Part shown: one piece after another, positions 36,862 to 46,766 of the stretch | Layout of the letters: the number at the start of each line of letters is the position of its first letter | Position numbering within the stretch: the stretch's first letter is position 1 | IMG/VR virus record: IMGVR_UViG_3300020347_000003 | Location: 8,115-72,114 of that record | Direction: 5' to 3' (one strand) | DNA length: 64,000 nucleotides | Source: a virus | Notes under the pieces: generated by a model | Databases searched by the model: none | The model's input: the letters and a program-made list of their open reading frames with translations, nothing else | What the model was told of the DNA's origin: nothing | Program-made: the position numbers and the translations under genes

Positions 36862-37572
36862 TTAGTATTTTTTACTAGCGCGAATTTCCTTGCCCATCTT
36901 TTTGATCTTACTAGCGGACACGGTACCACATGAATCTTCGTCGACCAAATCAGCATCTTCGACTTTATATTCTTTACCGGCGAACATGAATTTTTCATCG
37001 CCCTTTTCTTTTGCCATCTTAGCAGCATACATGAATTGCTTCTTGTCTTCTTTCTTGACAGCCTTAGAGATTGCAGCTCTGCGCTTCTTTAGATACTTAT
37101 CTGAAGAATCTACATCACCGTCATTGTCGACATCATCGTCTTCTTTGCCTACGGGATCTAATGCTTCTTTCATGCCCATGCCTTTCTTTAGCGCTGCAAG
37201 CAGATCGTCGAGTTTCATTTTCTTATTAGTGAGTGCTTTAGATACAACAGTTTTTCCATTATGAACAAGATCGGCACCATCAAAGTCAATTGAATTTTTG
37301 TGCATTTCGCCTGATTTTATACCGACCTCACCTGTAAGCCATCTCGTAATAAGAACCTTTCCACCGGGCATCTGCGCGGCCTTAGTGACCAAATCAGATC
37401 CCTTAAGATTAGCTTTTGCTTCAGCCATATGATAACCTTTGTCATCACAGTGATCACAGCCTTTGCCTTCACACTTGGGACACTCTACCTTTTCACCTTC
37501 ATCTTCAACGGTTACCTTTTTGCCTTCAAGAAGGTCTAGTACCATTTCATCGATTCTATCTTTAAACGACAT
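36862..37572 (-). CDS. Putative internal head protein with zinc finger and EF-hand-like motif
   Basis: CPKCEGKGCDHC; DVDNDGDVDSSDKYL; MSFK N-terminus. Confidence 0.65.
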   Translation of the reverse strand: MSFKDRIDEMVLDLLEGKKVTVEDEGEKVECPKCEGKGCDHCDDKGYHMAEAKANLKGSDLVTKAAQMPGGKVLITRWLTGEVGIKSGEMHKNSIDFDGADLVHNGKTVVSKALTNKKMKLDDLLAALKKGMGMKEALDPVGKEDDDVDNDGDVDSSDKYLKKRRAAISKAVKKEDKKQFMYAAKMAKEKGDEKFMFAGKEYKVEDADLVDEDSCGTVSASKIKKMGKEIRASKKY

Positions 37573-37602
37573 TTTTTATCTCCGTAAGATCTTTGTTTGA
37601 GT

Positions 37603-37890
37603 TTATTTATCTATTGGCGTGATTCGAATAACGAGATCATCGACACCTTTTATAATTCTATGGTACTCACCAGGATCTATTCTAAATTTCTGACCTGGTA
37701 CCAGTAACCAGGGTAAGGCATTTTGCCATTGGAATTGCCAACCATTACCTCGCATTACTTCAATTTCACGATATTCTTTGTCTCGATGCCAGACGTAATG
37801 AGAATCCTCTGCATCAACACTAAATCTTCTAAAATTGTATTTGTCAACCCGTTCATCAAAGTACGGTTTACCAGAAGTAGTTTCCACCAC
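37603..37890 (-). CDS. Cupin-like hypothetical protein
   Basis: WHRD...E...W...HRIIKG. Confidence 0.65.
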   Translation of the reverse strand: MVETTSGKPYFDERVDKYNFRRFSVDAEDSHYVWHRDKEYREIEVMRGNGWQFQWQNALPWLLVPGQKFRIDPGEYHRIIKGVDDLVIRITPIDK

Positions 37891-38251
37891 CTTTCAACCC
37901 CAAATCACTAGCATATTTCGGTAATCGGCAGGCCCAATAGCCGGGCGTCATCTTATCCGATTTCGTATCACAACTGTGTCTTGCAGCAAATGATGCAGCT
38001 GCACCTTTATCATTTATCTTAGAGGTAAGACCACCTTTCTCATCACCAAATTCAATCTTTTTAATATTTCCGGTTTTGGGATTCTTTACATAAACCACAT
38101 ATTTCTTTTTACCGGAGCTACGCTTTGGTGAATTTAATTCTGGTTCTTTCTCTTCCTGAAATTCAATCATCGGTCGCTCGAGCGGAACAGTGATGCCCTC
38201 ATAGAGACCAAACTCTGTCTTTAAACCCGAGTGTTCGCCGAATGATTTCAT
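37868..38251 (-). CDS. Putative head-associated protein
   Basis: MKSF start; KKYVVYV...FG...SFAARHSC...GYWAC. Confidence 0.7.
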   Translation of the reverse strand: MKSFGEHSGLKTEFGLYEGITVPLERPMIEFQEEKEPELNSPKRSSGKKKYVVYVKNPKTGNIKKIEFGDEKGGLTSKINDKGAAASFAARHSCDTKSDKMTPGYWACRLPKYASDLGLKGGGNYFW

Positions 38252-38676
38252 CCGAATTTCTTGGCGAATGCCTTTAGATCGAGAGTTTCGAAACCACCAA
38301 ACTCATCTACCACTCTAAATGCAAGTCTTCCTTTATTCTCAACTGGCTTTGCAGAATAAGATGTCAATCCAGATTTAAGGCCAGAGATCTCATTGCCCTT
38401 GATAACCATTTTCTTAATCTTAGGAGCCTTGGCTTCTTCCAATTCCTCAAAGGTCTGGGCAACTACTTCTTCAATCTCTTCGTGAATGCCAACCTCTTTC
38501 TTTGAAAGCTTAGTGAGAACGTCCAAAATCTGTGGAGCCCGTGTTCCAGTCTGCATCAGTGCTTGGTTAATATCACCCCACTGATAGAGTTCCTTGTCGC
38601 CTCTTTTCTTGTACTTACCAGGTGCCTCAGAGAGATCTTCCGGTGCCTCAGAGATGAATGTGGTGAAGTTTTTCAT
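38248..38676 (-). CDS. Putative internal head protein
   Basis: MKNFTTFISEA, similar to the T4 capsid-targeting sequence. Confidence 0.65.
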   Translation of the reverse strand: MKNFTTFISEAPEDLSEAPGKYKKRGDKELYQWGDINQALMQTGTRAPQILDVLTKLSKKEVGIHEEIEEVVAQTFEELEEAKAPKIKKMVIKGNEISGLKSGLTSYSAKPVENKGRLAFRVVDEFGGFETLDLKAFAKKFG

Positions 38677-39779
38677 TTTTTGCTCCGTGTATATTCTTTA
38701 AATGATTGTGTTCCGGGAGTGTCTTTCTTAAGCTTCTTTGTAAGCTCTGGAGTACCTTCGTCTCCGGCTCCATGCTCTTCTTTTGTAAACCCTCGGTAAT
38801 TCAATAGGTGTTTTGGCATGATACCATCCTTCACCATATCTTTAAATACCTTATCTAAGGCTCTAACATCAAGATCATGAATTTGGGCAGTCTTGACGAG
38901 ATTTCTTTCTGCATTGTGTGGATTCTTTTTGCGAAGATCTAAAAATGTACGAACGGCTTTCTTGTATGCCCTACCATTTAATTTTCTATCTAGGTATCGT
39001 ACTAGATCTGGCATCATAGTCTTCATTGTACTATCGCTACCAAAGGCTCTTTCATCAAGCTTCTCGTCTAATGTTTCTTCTTTAATTCCCCGAGCCTTCT
39101 TTTGAGCTGAAATCCATTTCTTAGCAATAGGTGATTTAGGATCTTTTGCAGCCCATTTACCCACGTCTTTATATGCTTTCAGAGCAATAGCTTCGATATC
39201 AGTGTCACTAGAATTATCTAATATGATTAGGCTATTTCTGAAGAACCCTTGAAATTTTCCAATATTATTTTGTACTGATTTCCACATGTTTATTACCTGG
39301 TCGTCAGGCAATGATCGTGGTCGCATTTTATTTCTTCCTAATGCAGTGTCTAAGTCTGTATTTACAAACAGCATTTTAACCTCATAGCCTAGAGCTCTTA
39401 GGCCCTCTGCTTGAGTTTTGATCTTATCGTAATCTTTACCAGTACCATCAATGACCAAACCAAGTCGGCCGTCGATTGCCTGCTTTAATTGCATACCGGT
39501 TAATTTCTTTGCTTTTGCTCTGGCCTTCTGACCCTGAGGGCTCATCAGACCTTTCGGTGTGAGATCCACTCCAGCCTTGGCAAGAGCAGCCTCAAATGCG
39601 GGGTCGGAATTAATAAGTTTAAATCCGTGTGCAAGTAAAGATGCCTTACCAACAACAAATGATTTACCAGAGCCTGGGCCACCAGCTAAGAAAACAGCCT
39701 TAAAGATTGCTGGGTCATTAATACCCTCTTCAAGTTCTGGTGTTTCGGATTCGTAAAAGTTTTTGAAATTAGAAATCAT
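38673..39779 (-). CDS. P-loop kinase (zeta-toxin/AAA_33/Pnk-like), probably capsid-packaged
   Basis: LAGGPGSGKS, VIDGTG, RxxxRxR lid; N-terminus FKNFYE...LEE. Confidence 0.8.
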   Translation of the reverse strand: MISNFKNFYESETPELEEGINDPAIFKAVFLAGGPGSGKSFVVGKASLLAHGFKLINSDPAFEAALAKAGVDLTPKGLMSPQGQKARAKAKKLTGMQLKQAIDGRLGLVIDGTGKDYDKIKTQAEGLRALGYEVKMLFVNTDLDTALGRNKMRPRSLPDDQVINMWKSVQNNIGKFQGFFRNSLIILDNSSDTDIEAIALKAYKDVGKWAAKDPKSPIAKKWISAQKKARGIKEETLDEKLDERAFGSDSTMKTMMPDLVRYLDRKLNGRAYKKAVRTFLDLRKKNPHNAERNLVKTAQIHDLDVRALDKVFKDMVKDGIMPKHLLNYRGFTKEEHGAGDEGTPELTKKLKKDTPGTQSFKEYTRSKK

Positions 39780-39782
39780 GTC

Positions 39783-41540
39783 CTATTTAACCTTAGCAGC
39801 AAGATCCTTATCTGCCTTGCCCCATGTTCCTTTAGATTTAGTAGCAAAACTATTTACTCTTGCAAGACCCCATTGAGTTGGAGTAGTGCCAGGTCTGTGA
39901 CCTGTTCTCCAAGCTGCAACACCCCGATCAAATACTTTCTTTAAAATTCCATAAGGCATTCCTGATTTTGCAGCCTTATCTTTTAATGCTTTTTCTGGGT
40001 TACTCTCAAAGATGAACTCGACAGATTCTGCAAGATCAAGTACCTCTGACATAATATCAAATTCTTCGGTCTTGGTTGCTACGAGTACCTTTTCGAATTC
40101 AGCCTGTTGCTTGAGCCACTTTTCTTTCCATGCCTTATAGACCTTAAAGCGATTATCGAATTTAACTCCGCCCTTTCCAGCCATTAGCATGTGTGGTCGC
40201 TTTTTTGGCATCATATCTCTCTTTGAAGCCTCCGTAACCTCATTGCGTTTGCTTTTCTGATATGACTTATATTCTTTACGTCTCTCTGCATCTGCTTTCT
40301 TCTCTGCAGGAGTCATCTGCGATACTGGTTTCTTGCGCTCTCCATACATATCCTTAAATCTCTTGGTATGCTTAGATGGTTTGGTTCCTTTTTCTCGAGC
40401 TTCTTTATCACCAGGTGCATCAGTGTATGCTGCCGGATTGTCATCATCTACCTTGGTCTTTCTTTTGAAATGTGCCTCACGATCGTCTTTCTTATCTTGT
40501 GCGACACCTGTGTAGTACTTAGAGGATTCTTCAACGTCAATTTTCTTTGACATTCTTTCTTTCTCAGCCGCTTTTACAGCAGGTAATTTCTTCTTGACCA
40601 TATTCTTAATTTTGGCACCAGAAATTTTCTTAATCTTTTTTTCGATTGCTTGTTTCTGAGATATGGAAAGATCAGCGTAATTCTTACCCTTTGCAAACTT
40701 ATCCTTTAGGGCCTTCTTTACCTGCTTTTCAGCACGACCTTTTAACTTCTCCTTTCCAGCCTTTTTCTTCATTGATCGAGCTCTTGCACGAGCAATCTTC
40801 TTGCCATGTTTCTTCATGACGATGGCTCTCTTTCGTCTTTGAGCCATATCCATAACCTCGTCTAAGGTCATTTCTTCGTTAATATCTTCATCGATACCCA
40901 TACCATTCCTCACTGCATCGAGTACTTGTTGTGCTTTAGATTGTAATCTTTTGGGAAGACCTTTCTTAAATGTATTAAGATCATTATCTGCCGCTAGAGC
41001 TCTCATTTTAGAGGCTGACATACCAGATACGTCATCGGCGTCTGGGTCTCGTTCTCCCGCAGAAATAACTTCTATTGAATCAAATGTGTAGTCTTTACCG
41101 TTATACTTATTTAAGAGTGTTTTAAACTCTCCCACACGATCTGAACCCACGACCAAGACCATATTCTTATATTGTCTTTGCAATTGAGCAGCAACTTGAA
41201 TAATGGTCTTTGCAGATGATTTTACAACGATTTTACCAAATGCTGCTTGAGCAAACTTGATCTTATCATCGTACGAAAGGGGGTTCTTTTTGGGATCTGA
41301 GGAATGCGAAAGATAGATTGCTGGGACAGCCTTTCTGGCTTTTGCCTCTGAGGCTACCTTAAGGGCTAATTTTTCATGCCCTGATGTTACGGGGTTCATT
41401 CTGCCCCACGATACTACAACAGTATCCGATTTGGCTGCCTCATCAAGTTCTGGTTTCGTGTTAATATACTTCGAACCACTTTTGATAGCATCAGCATCTT
41501 TCTTTTTGGACGATTTCTTTTTCTTAGCTTCCGGTTCCAT
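39783..41540 (-). CDS. HIGH-superfamily nucleotidyltransferase (cytidylyltransferase-like) with Lys-rich C-terminal extension
   Basis: GRMNPVTSGH, KNPL, VGSDRV, SAGERDPD, MSASKMR; C-terminal GHRPG..QWGLARVNSF domain; start set by the late promoter at 41581. Confidence 0.85.
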   Translation of the reverse strand: MEPEAKKKKSSKKKDADAIKSGSKYINTKPELDEAAKSDTVVVSWGRMNPVTSGHEKLALKVASEAKARKAVPAIYLSHSSDPKKNPLSYDDKIKFAQAAFGKIVVKSSAKTIIQVAAQLQRQYKNMVLVVGSDRVGEFKTLLNKYNGKDYTFDSIEVISAGERDPDADDVSGMSASKMRALAADNDLNTFKKGLPKRLQSKAQQVLDAVRNGMGIDEDINEEMTLDEVMDMAQRRKRAIVMKKHGKKIARARARSMKKKAGKEKLKGRAEKQVKKALKDKFAKGKNYADLSISQKQAIEKKIKKISGAKIKNMVKKKLPAVKAAEKERMSKKIDVEESSKYYTGVAQDKKDDREAHFKRKTKVDDDNPAAYTDAPGDKEAREKGTKPSKHTKRFKDMYGERKKPVSQMTPAEKKADAERRKEYKSYQKSKRNEVTEASKRDMMPKKRPHMLMAGKGGVKFDNRFKVYKAWKEKWLKQQAEFEKVLVATKTEEFDIMSEVLDLAESVEFIFESNPEKALKDKAAKSGMPYGILKKVFDRGVAAWRTGHRPGTTPTQWGLARVNSFATKSKGTWGKADKDLAAKVK

Positions 41541-41580
41541 CTTTCCCTTGGCCTTATTGTTTGAATAGAGGTAACTGTTA

Positions 41581-41588
41581 TATTTATA
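41581..41588 (-). promoter_or_regulatory. T4-type late promoter TATAAATA
   Basis: Exact octamer 41 nt upstream of the ATG at 41540. Confidence 0.7.
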
Positions 41589-41601
41589 ATAAAATGAGTC
41601 T

Positions 41602-42345
41602 TTATTTCGATTTTGTGGTGTTGACAGGGTGATGAGTTGCGCCATCTCCCTTATAGTTCTGTCCAAACGATTCAACCCACTTATAATTCATCACAGAAGA
41701 ACATTCCCATATCGTAGAGTCGCGGATCCAACCAATTGCAGCAGTGGGGTCCATGATTGCCATCGGTACCTGTGTGAAACCTTTCCTGCTACCAAGAAAG
41801 TACATATTATCAACAGCAGATACGACACCATGCATTTCGATTTCATCTAGCATATCTTTAGCTGCATGCCATGAGATGGCATATGCGTGTGCCCCCTCGT
41901 GTCCATGAATTCTTCGCAGATATCTTGGTGGTCCTGATTCCACGTGATCAAAGTTTTCAGGATCTGGAGCCTTATAACCAAGAACAATAATTTCACCATT
42001 GCGAATGGGTACTGGTCTTGGGTCATGCAACATAATTGCATCATGCTCAAGAATCACAGCTGTTTCTTTGTTATCACGAATTTTCTTCCATATCTTCGCG
42101 TGACCGGCAGTACAAAGTTGTGCTGCAGCTACCCAGGTGGTTCGATTAATATGTCTCTTTAGACCAATCGAATTCCATGCTGCATTAGGATCTACCTGAT
42201 AGAAACCTTCAAAGTATTCCCACGGTAATCCTACTTTATCGCAAGATTCTGCTGCAGTCTTTGCATAGGCATAAGATGTCTCAGTCGGTACCCTGAGAAT
42301 ATAAGCCTTGTCAATTGTACTTCTACCTCTATCTACGTCTGTCAT
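41602..42345 (-). CDS. Glycosyltransferase, GT25-like
   Basis: CxxGHxxIW, VILEHDA, GAHAYAI, VD. Confidence 0.75.
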   Translation of the reverse strand: MTDVDRGRSTIDKAYILRVPTETSYAYAKTAAESCDKVGLPWEYFEGFYQVDPNAAWNSIGLKRHINRTTWVAAAQLCTAGHAKIWKKIRDNKETAVILEHDAIMLHDPRPVPIRNGEIIVLGYKAPDPENFDHVESGPPRYLRRIHGHEGAHAYAISWHAAKDMLDEIEMHGVVSAVDNMYFLGSRKGFTQVPMAIMDPTAAIGWIRDSTIWECSSVMNYKWVESFGQNYKGDGATHHPVNTTKSK

Positions 42346-43013
42346 GATAATTGCAGTCCTGTTTCCAATTCAATAATTTTTTCAAAATCTTTTTCATAAT
42401 ATCTTTTCACTGCGTCCATTGTTTTCTGGTCGTAGTATTGATCAATCAAATCAGCGTCTTTTGGTGTAAACCCCGATTTAAATTTTTGGAGATCATTCTG
42501 TGGTACTACATTATGCTGTTTGGCAAATGCATCTACATATCTGTCTAGTTTATTATATAACCACCAATCGCCATAGTCAACATCACCCACACGGGCATAA
42601 TCCGTCTGTAGTATTCTATTCGATGGATCTGATTCGTGTCTACCCTCTTTGAACAGATGTCTAAATTCACTGACACTCTTTTCTCGGCCTCGTCTCAAAA
42701 AGAAATAGAGGCTTAGTTGTCTCATCAACGGATCACGAATTACTGATATAACTCGCTTACTGGCCAATTCACTTGGGCCGACAACGTTATTACGAAATAA
42801 CTCATCGAGCGTTAAATGAATGAATCGATAATTCAACTGGTATTTTTTAAGGAGTCGAGGGTCAACATTATGACTTGGAATGCCGCAGTCGTTGACCTCA
42901 GTCCATTTATCATTCATATCACAGAAATTTTGTATAAAGAATTGAGCAAGACTAGAGCTTGCATTCTTTGGGATTCTGAGATATACAAAATTGTATCGTT
43001 CACATATTACCAT
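42342..43013 (-). CDS. Sulfotransferase family 2-like protein
   Basis: RIPKNASSS (5'-PSB), IRDPxxRxLS (3'-PB), YEKDF. Confidence 0.8.
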   Translation of the reverse strand: MVICERYNFVYLRIPKNASSSLAQFFIQNFCDMNDKWTEVNDCGIPSHNVDPRLLKKYQLNYRFIHLTLDELFRNNVVGPSELASKRVISVIRDPLMRQLSLYFFLRRGREKSVSEFRHLFKEGRHESDPSNRILQTDYARVGDVDYGDWWLYNKLDRYVDAFAKQHNVVPQNDLQKFKSGFTPKDADLIDQYYDQKTMDAVKRYYEKDFEKIIELETGLQLS

Positions 43014-43015
43014 TA

Positions 43016-43567
43016 CTACCTCATTTTTGTCATAGAAGGCGAGTCCAATGCACTTGTAATGCATTGTAAGCTATCATATCTGATTTCACCAAACAGATGC
43101 CGTTGCAGCCCATCAATCTTACCAATGTTCTTATTTATCATGTCATTAAAAGACAGCACGTAGACATCATTTTGCTTACCCCATAGTTCAATTTCGTTTA
43201 AACGAAGGGGTGGGGTTTTTCTACCCGTGGCCTCATTCCATCGCTCATACGATTCTAAAATTTCTTCTCTATCTCTCAGCAGGAGAATCTTTTTTGTATC
43301 CTGCAGTAAGGTTTGCCTTTGACTATCATAAGGTAGGTGGGATACAGCAAAGGTATCATCCCTCAGATATGTGATTGCGTCTTTGAATTTGAGCTTTCGT
43401 GTGAACTTACCTGGATTCGTTCTGGCCTCATCCATCTTATCAGCTTTGTATTTCTGAAAATTGTTTGGGTTGAAGTGCATGTAGCTCTGTTCTATACCAA
43501 ACTCTACTAATAGATTGCTACACAGATAGGTACCTGCTTTAGGTAGACTAATAATCAGTGTCTTCAT
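43016..43567 (-). CDS. Sulfotransferase-like protein
   Basis: SLPKAGT, SHL, LRDxxExxxS. Confidence 0.65.
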   Translation of the reverse strand: MKTLIISLPKAGTYLCSNLLVEFGIEQSYMHFNPNNFQKYKADKMDEARTNPGKFTRKLKFKDAITYLRDDTFAVSHLPYDSQRQTLLQDTKKILLLRDREEILESYERWNEATGRKTPPLRLNEIELWGKQNDVYVLSFNDMINKNIGKIDGLQRHLFGEIRYDSLQCITSALDSPSMTKMR

Positions 43568-44054
43568 GGTATTTTAACCCAACGTTTTTGTTATTTTCAA
43601 TGTGAAGTCGGGACCCCTTTGGTGCATGAATTATTGTAGATACATCAATTAATTCATTCCAAAAGCGAATCCATTCGGTATTCAAGTCAGCTGCAATTGC
43701 TTGTCTCACCCAAGAATCTTTATTGAATACTCTATCCGTAGATGATACCCAATTATTTGAGAACAATAAATCAAAACCATACAGTTCAAACTCATCATAT
43801 CCTTCTGTTCTCAAATGATTATATGCATTATGACCAGTATTCCAAGCCACATTGATACCACCTTTCTGTGTCATAAATGGCTTAGGTAATACCTTTAATT
43901 TTGGATTGTTCTTTTGTCTCTTTATGACCTTTTGATCACTGGCAAATATCACATCGACATCTGCCTCTGTCATATTAAAGCCCACCTTATACCCCTCTAA
44001 ATCGGACGAATAATACTTACTCGATGGGCCATTGCCTAACAGAATTGCTTTCAT
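43548..44054 (-). CDS. Putative glycosyltransferase-like protein (GNGPS...GFD, sialyltransferase/Maf-like)
   Basis: LLGNGPS, NTG, LYGFD. Confidence 0.55.
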   Translation of the reverse strand: MKAILLGNGPSSKYYSSDLEGYKVGFNMTEADVDVIFASDQKVIKRQKNNPKLKVLPKPFMTQKGGINVAWNTGHNAYNHLRTEGYDEFELYGFDLLFSNNWVSSTDRVFNKDSWVRQAIAADLNTEWIRFWNELIDVSTIIHAPKGSRLHIENNKNVGLKYHEDTDY

Positions 44055-44575
44055 GCGAGCAAATCACGCTCACGATACCGACCAGTCGTCCTCACTACAG
44101 TAGGAATATCACCACGTAAATCCTCAATGATATCTACCCACTCCTGATGTGATTTCAGAGTACAGTGTGCGTTCTCACCATTGGGTAATATGGCTTTGGC
44201 AGGTGAGGTTGCGATTTGGAAATACACAAATTTGGTAGCGTAACTGTAAATTTCTTTGATGACATCACGGACATACATTTCGGGTATGTGTTCCAATACA
44301 TCTGTATTAATCACAGCATCCCATTCACCTATTGGTTTATTGTTGAACATTCTAACGCCCGGATCATATCGATAGAGCTCTACAAGACCCCAATACTGAT
44401 GTAGATTATGTGGAGGATTATATTGGGTGCCATGACCACAGCCATAATCAATCAAAGATTTGCAACGAAACTGTTCTAGCATTTCTTTAATGTCATCCTT
44501 TGCTCTAATGACCGGATCATTATTTTCATATCCGCCATTGTCATAGAACTCTTGGTATTGCTCTAAGTATTTCAT
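44051..44575 (-). CDS. Class I SAM-dependent methyltransferase
   Basis: LIDYGCG, YDPG, DVLEHIPE, NAH. Confidence 0.85.
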   Translation of the reverse strand: MKYLEQYQEFYDNGGYENNDPVIRAKDDIKEMLEQFRCKSLIDYGCGHGTQYNPPHNLHQYWGLVELYRYDPGVRMFNNKPIGEWDAVINTDVLEHIPEMYVRDVIKEIYSYATKFVYFQIATSPAKAILPNGENAHCTLKSHQEWVDIIEDLRGDIPTVVRTTGRYRERDLLA

Positions 44576-45294
44576 TCTGGTCCTTTTAATATATGATGTA
44601 GATCAAAATCAACTTTCATCTTATCTTTGTGATTTCGGTGATAGTGGATAAGGCTTGCATCAAAGCGTTTTTCGATTGGATTCAGTCCCAAATGATAATT
44701 AAACTGTACTGGTAATGCTGAGTGCTTACCCTGATTACGAATCAGACTGTTTATTATGCCTTGATCAAAACCACCCATTTGATTCTCTAGGCTGGTTCTT
44801 TGCTTGTCTCTTTCTTCAATTGTTTGTGCAAATTCGAACATCTCGTCGTACATGCTTCGAGGGAATATTACGACACCCGAATTGATATGACCATGTTTAC
44901 CGAACCACTCCAACCCAGGCTTATTTTTCCACCGATTTGTCGACATCATCCACCAAGCAGAAATTGCATTGGTATCTGCATGATCGAAAACATTTTGAGA
45001 CTTTTTTGTGGCGAGAATATCACTATCGATGAAACAAAGATAGTCAAAATTATGAAACCATTCACGTGTACCCTGGTCCATAAAGGGGGTAAAGATGCCG
45101 TAAAAGGGAGGGATGTTATTAGGTAAATCGTGATCGAAAAAAGAATATGTAGCCCCGACTCTTTCTGCATATGCTGATATGGATGCTCGGGACATTTTAT
45201 GGTAACCAGTGCCTGTTTTTACATACGCACCGGCTCGAGACTTTACAAGTACTTCTTGGTTTGGATCTCTATAATATTGGTAAATTAAATTCAT
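44572..45294 (-). CDS. GT-A glycosyltransferase (GT8/GT34-like)
   Basis: FIDSDIL (DxD), NSGV, DQGxIN, IHY. Confidence 0.75.
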   Translation of the reverse strand: MNLIYQYYRDPNQEVLVKSRAGAYVKTGTGYHKMSRASISAYAERVGATYSFFDHDLPNNIPPFYGIFTPFMDQGTREWFHNFDYLCFIDSDILATKKSQNVFDHADTNAISAWWMMSTNRWKNKPGLEWFGKHGHINSGVVIFPRSMYDEMFEFAQTIEERDKQRTSLENQMGGFDQGIINSLIRNQGKHSALPVQFNYHLGLNPIEKRFDASLIHYHRNHKDKMKVDFDLHHILKGPE

Positions 45295-45411
45295 AACAAA
45301 AAAATATTCAACCTTTAGATATTAATATTGTCAATCCCATAATACAACGCACCGAAAAAGAGTAGAATCAATGCTAAATCTTTCCAATCTTTAGGACTCT
45401 TAGGATCAAAC

Positions 45412-45600
45412 TCACTCATTTTCATCCGATTCTGAATACTGATCAGGGAATTGTTCTCTATGTGCTGTAAGCATTAGTTCCTCAGTATCAAACTCCTGTA
45501 CAGTAGCGTCATCACGATACGATACAACAGTAGATTCGCTTAAAGAAAATGCTCCATCGTTGATGATAAAATGACCTTCTGTTTTAGTTAATATAGCCAT
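45412..45600 (-). CDS. Hypothetical protein
   Basis: Coupled to the DUF285 gene (TAATG). Confidence 0.55.
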   Translation of the reverse strand: MAILTKTEGHFIINDGAFSLSESTVVSYRDDATVQEFDTEELMLTAHREQFPDQYSESDENE

Positions 45601-46766
45601 TATGCTGATCCTCCATCATAGAATGTCCAGTTATCGTTAGTGATCAAACTAGTTCTTGCCGTCTCGGCCGCACCACCTGCTGTATATTGACTGGATCCAA
45701 AGAAGGCTTTAGCATTAGTAAACCCTACATTTTGAGCTTCCCAATTAATTAACAGTGCATCATAACGTGCTGTGGGCAGAGCAACAGGCGCTACTACAAA
45801 GTCGGAGAGGGATGAGTAATATGTGTTTAGAGCTGATATATCAAGGTTCTCAACGCCAATAACATCAAAAGTAGCAGCATCTCTACCTGTAAATTCAAAC
45901 AAACCATTCATTGATAGAACACTTGAGGTATCCCAACCACTCACATCAATCGATGCACAATTATAACAATTTCTAAATAACTCATTCAAGAATCGGAAGG
46001 ATGAGGTATCCCAACTACTTAAATCAATCGATGTAAGACTATAGCAACTGTAAAACATCAGATCCGCCCGAGTAACATTTGATGTATCCATAGTACTTAG
46101 ATCAACCGATGTTAGATTGTCACAATTTCGAAGCATATAGGTCAGACTATCAAGAGATGAAGTATCACAAACACCACTAGTAAAGCTAGTCATGTTAGAG
46201 CATCCACTAAATGAGTACCTAAGATCCTGCCAGCCTACTTTACCAAGGTTAGTTACTGCAATAACTTTCGTGCAGTCAGCTCCGGTGTGCCCGGAAAAGA
46301 CTCCGTTGCCAGCGTTGAACTTTATGCTAGGGAACGTGCCAGTGATACTGATTGAGTGATCTCCAGCAGATGCATATGTGTGTATTAAACCGGAGTCAGT
46401 GTATGACGTAGCTGTTGTTGTTGAACCATCACCCCAATCGATAGTTGCATCAATTGTTAAATTACTGACAGGTATAGTCATTGACTCATTAGATGTTGTA
46501 GTCCTAACAGTCATTTGAAATGGTGCTACATCATCCTCATCACCTTTTGCGTCCCAAAATCCTTTACTTAATTCACCTCTGTTTATATCACCAGTATCAC
46601 CAACTTTACGAACTTTAATATAAGTTAGTTGGGCAGTGCCGCCTGGAGGTGTAAATGTTCTAATTCCTGCTGCCACTGTTCCGTTTGCATCAGAGTATGT
46701 GTCTGCTGCTGTAGCTGCATCATCATATTCCCAATTAGGGTTGTTTGGAATTGCTACGAATGCCAT
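45600..46766 (-). CDS. BspA/DUF285 leucine-rich-repeat protein with PKD-like domain
   Basis: IDWGDG PKD motif; repeated LSSWDTSS/DTSNVT..MF units. Confidence 0.85.
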   Translation of the reverse strand: MAFVAIPNNPNWEYDDAATAADTYSDANGTVAAGIRTFTPPGGTAQLTYIKVRKVGDTGDINRGELSKGFWDAKGDEDDVAPFQMTVRTTTSNESMTIPVSNLTIDATIDWGDGSTTTATSYTDSGLIHTYASAGDHSISITGTFPSIKFNAGNGVFSGHTGADCTKVIAVTNLGKVGWQDLRYSFSGCSNMTSFTSGVCDTSSLDSLTYMLRNCDNLTSVDLSTMDTSNVTRADLMFYSCYSLTSIDLSSWDTSSFRFLNELFRNCYNCASIDVSGWDTSSVLSMNGLFEFTGRDAATFDVIGVENLDISALNTYYSSLSDFVVAPVALPTARYDALLINWEAQNVGFTNAKAFFGSSQYTAGGAAETARTSLITNDNWTFYDGGSA

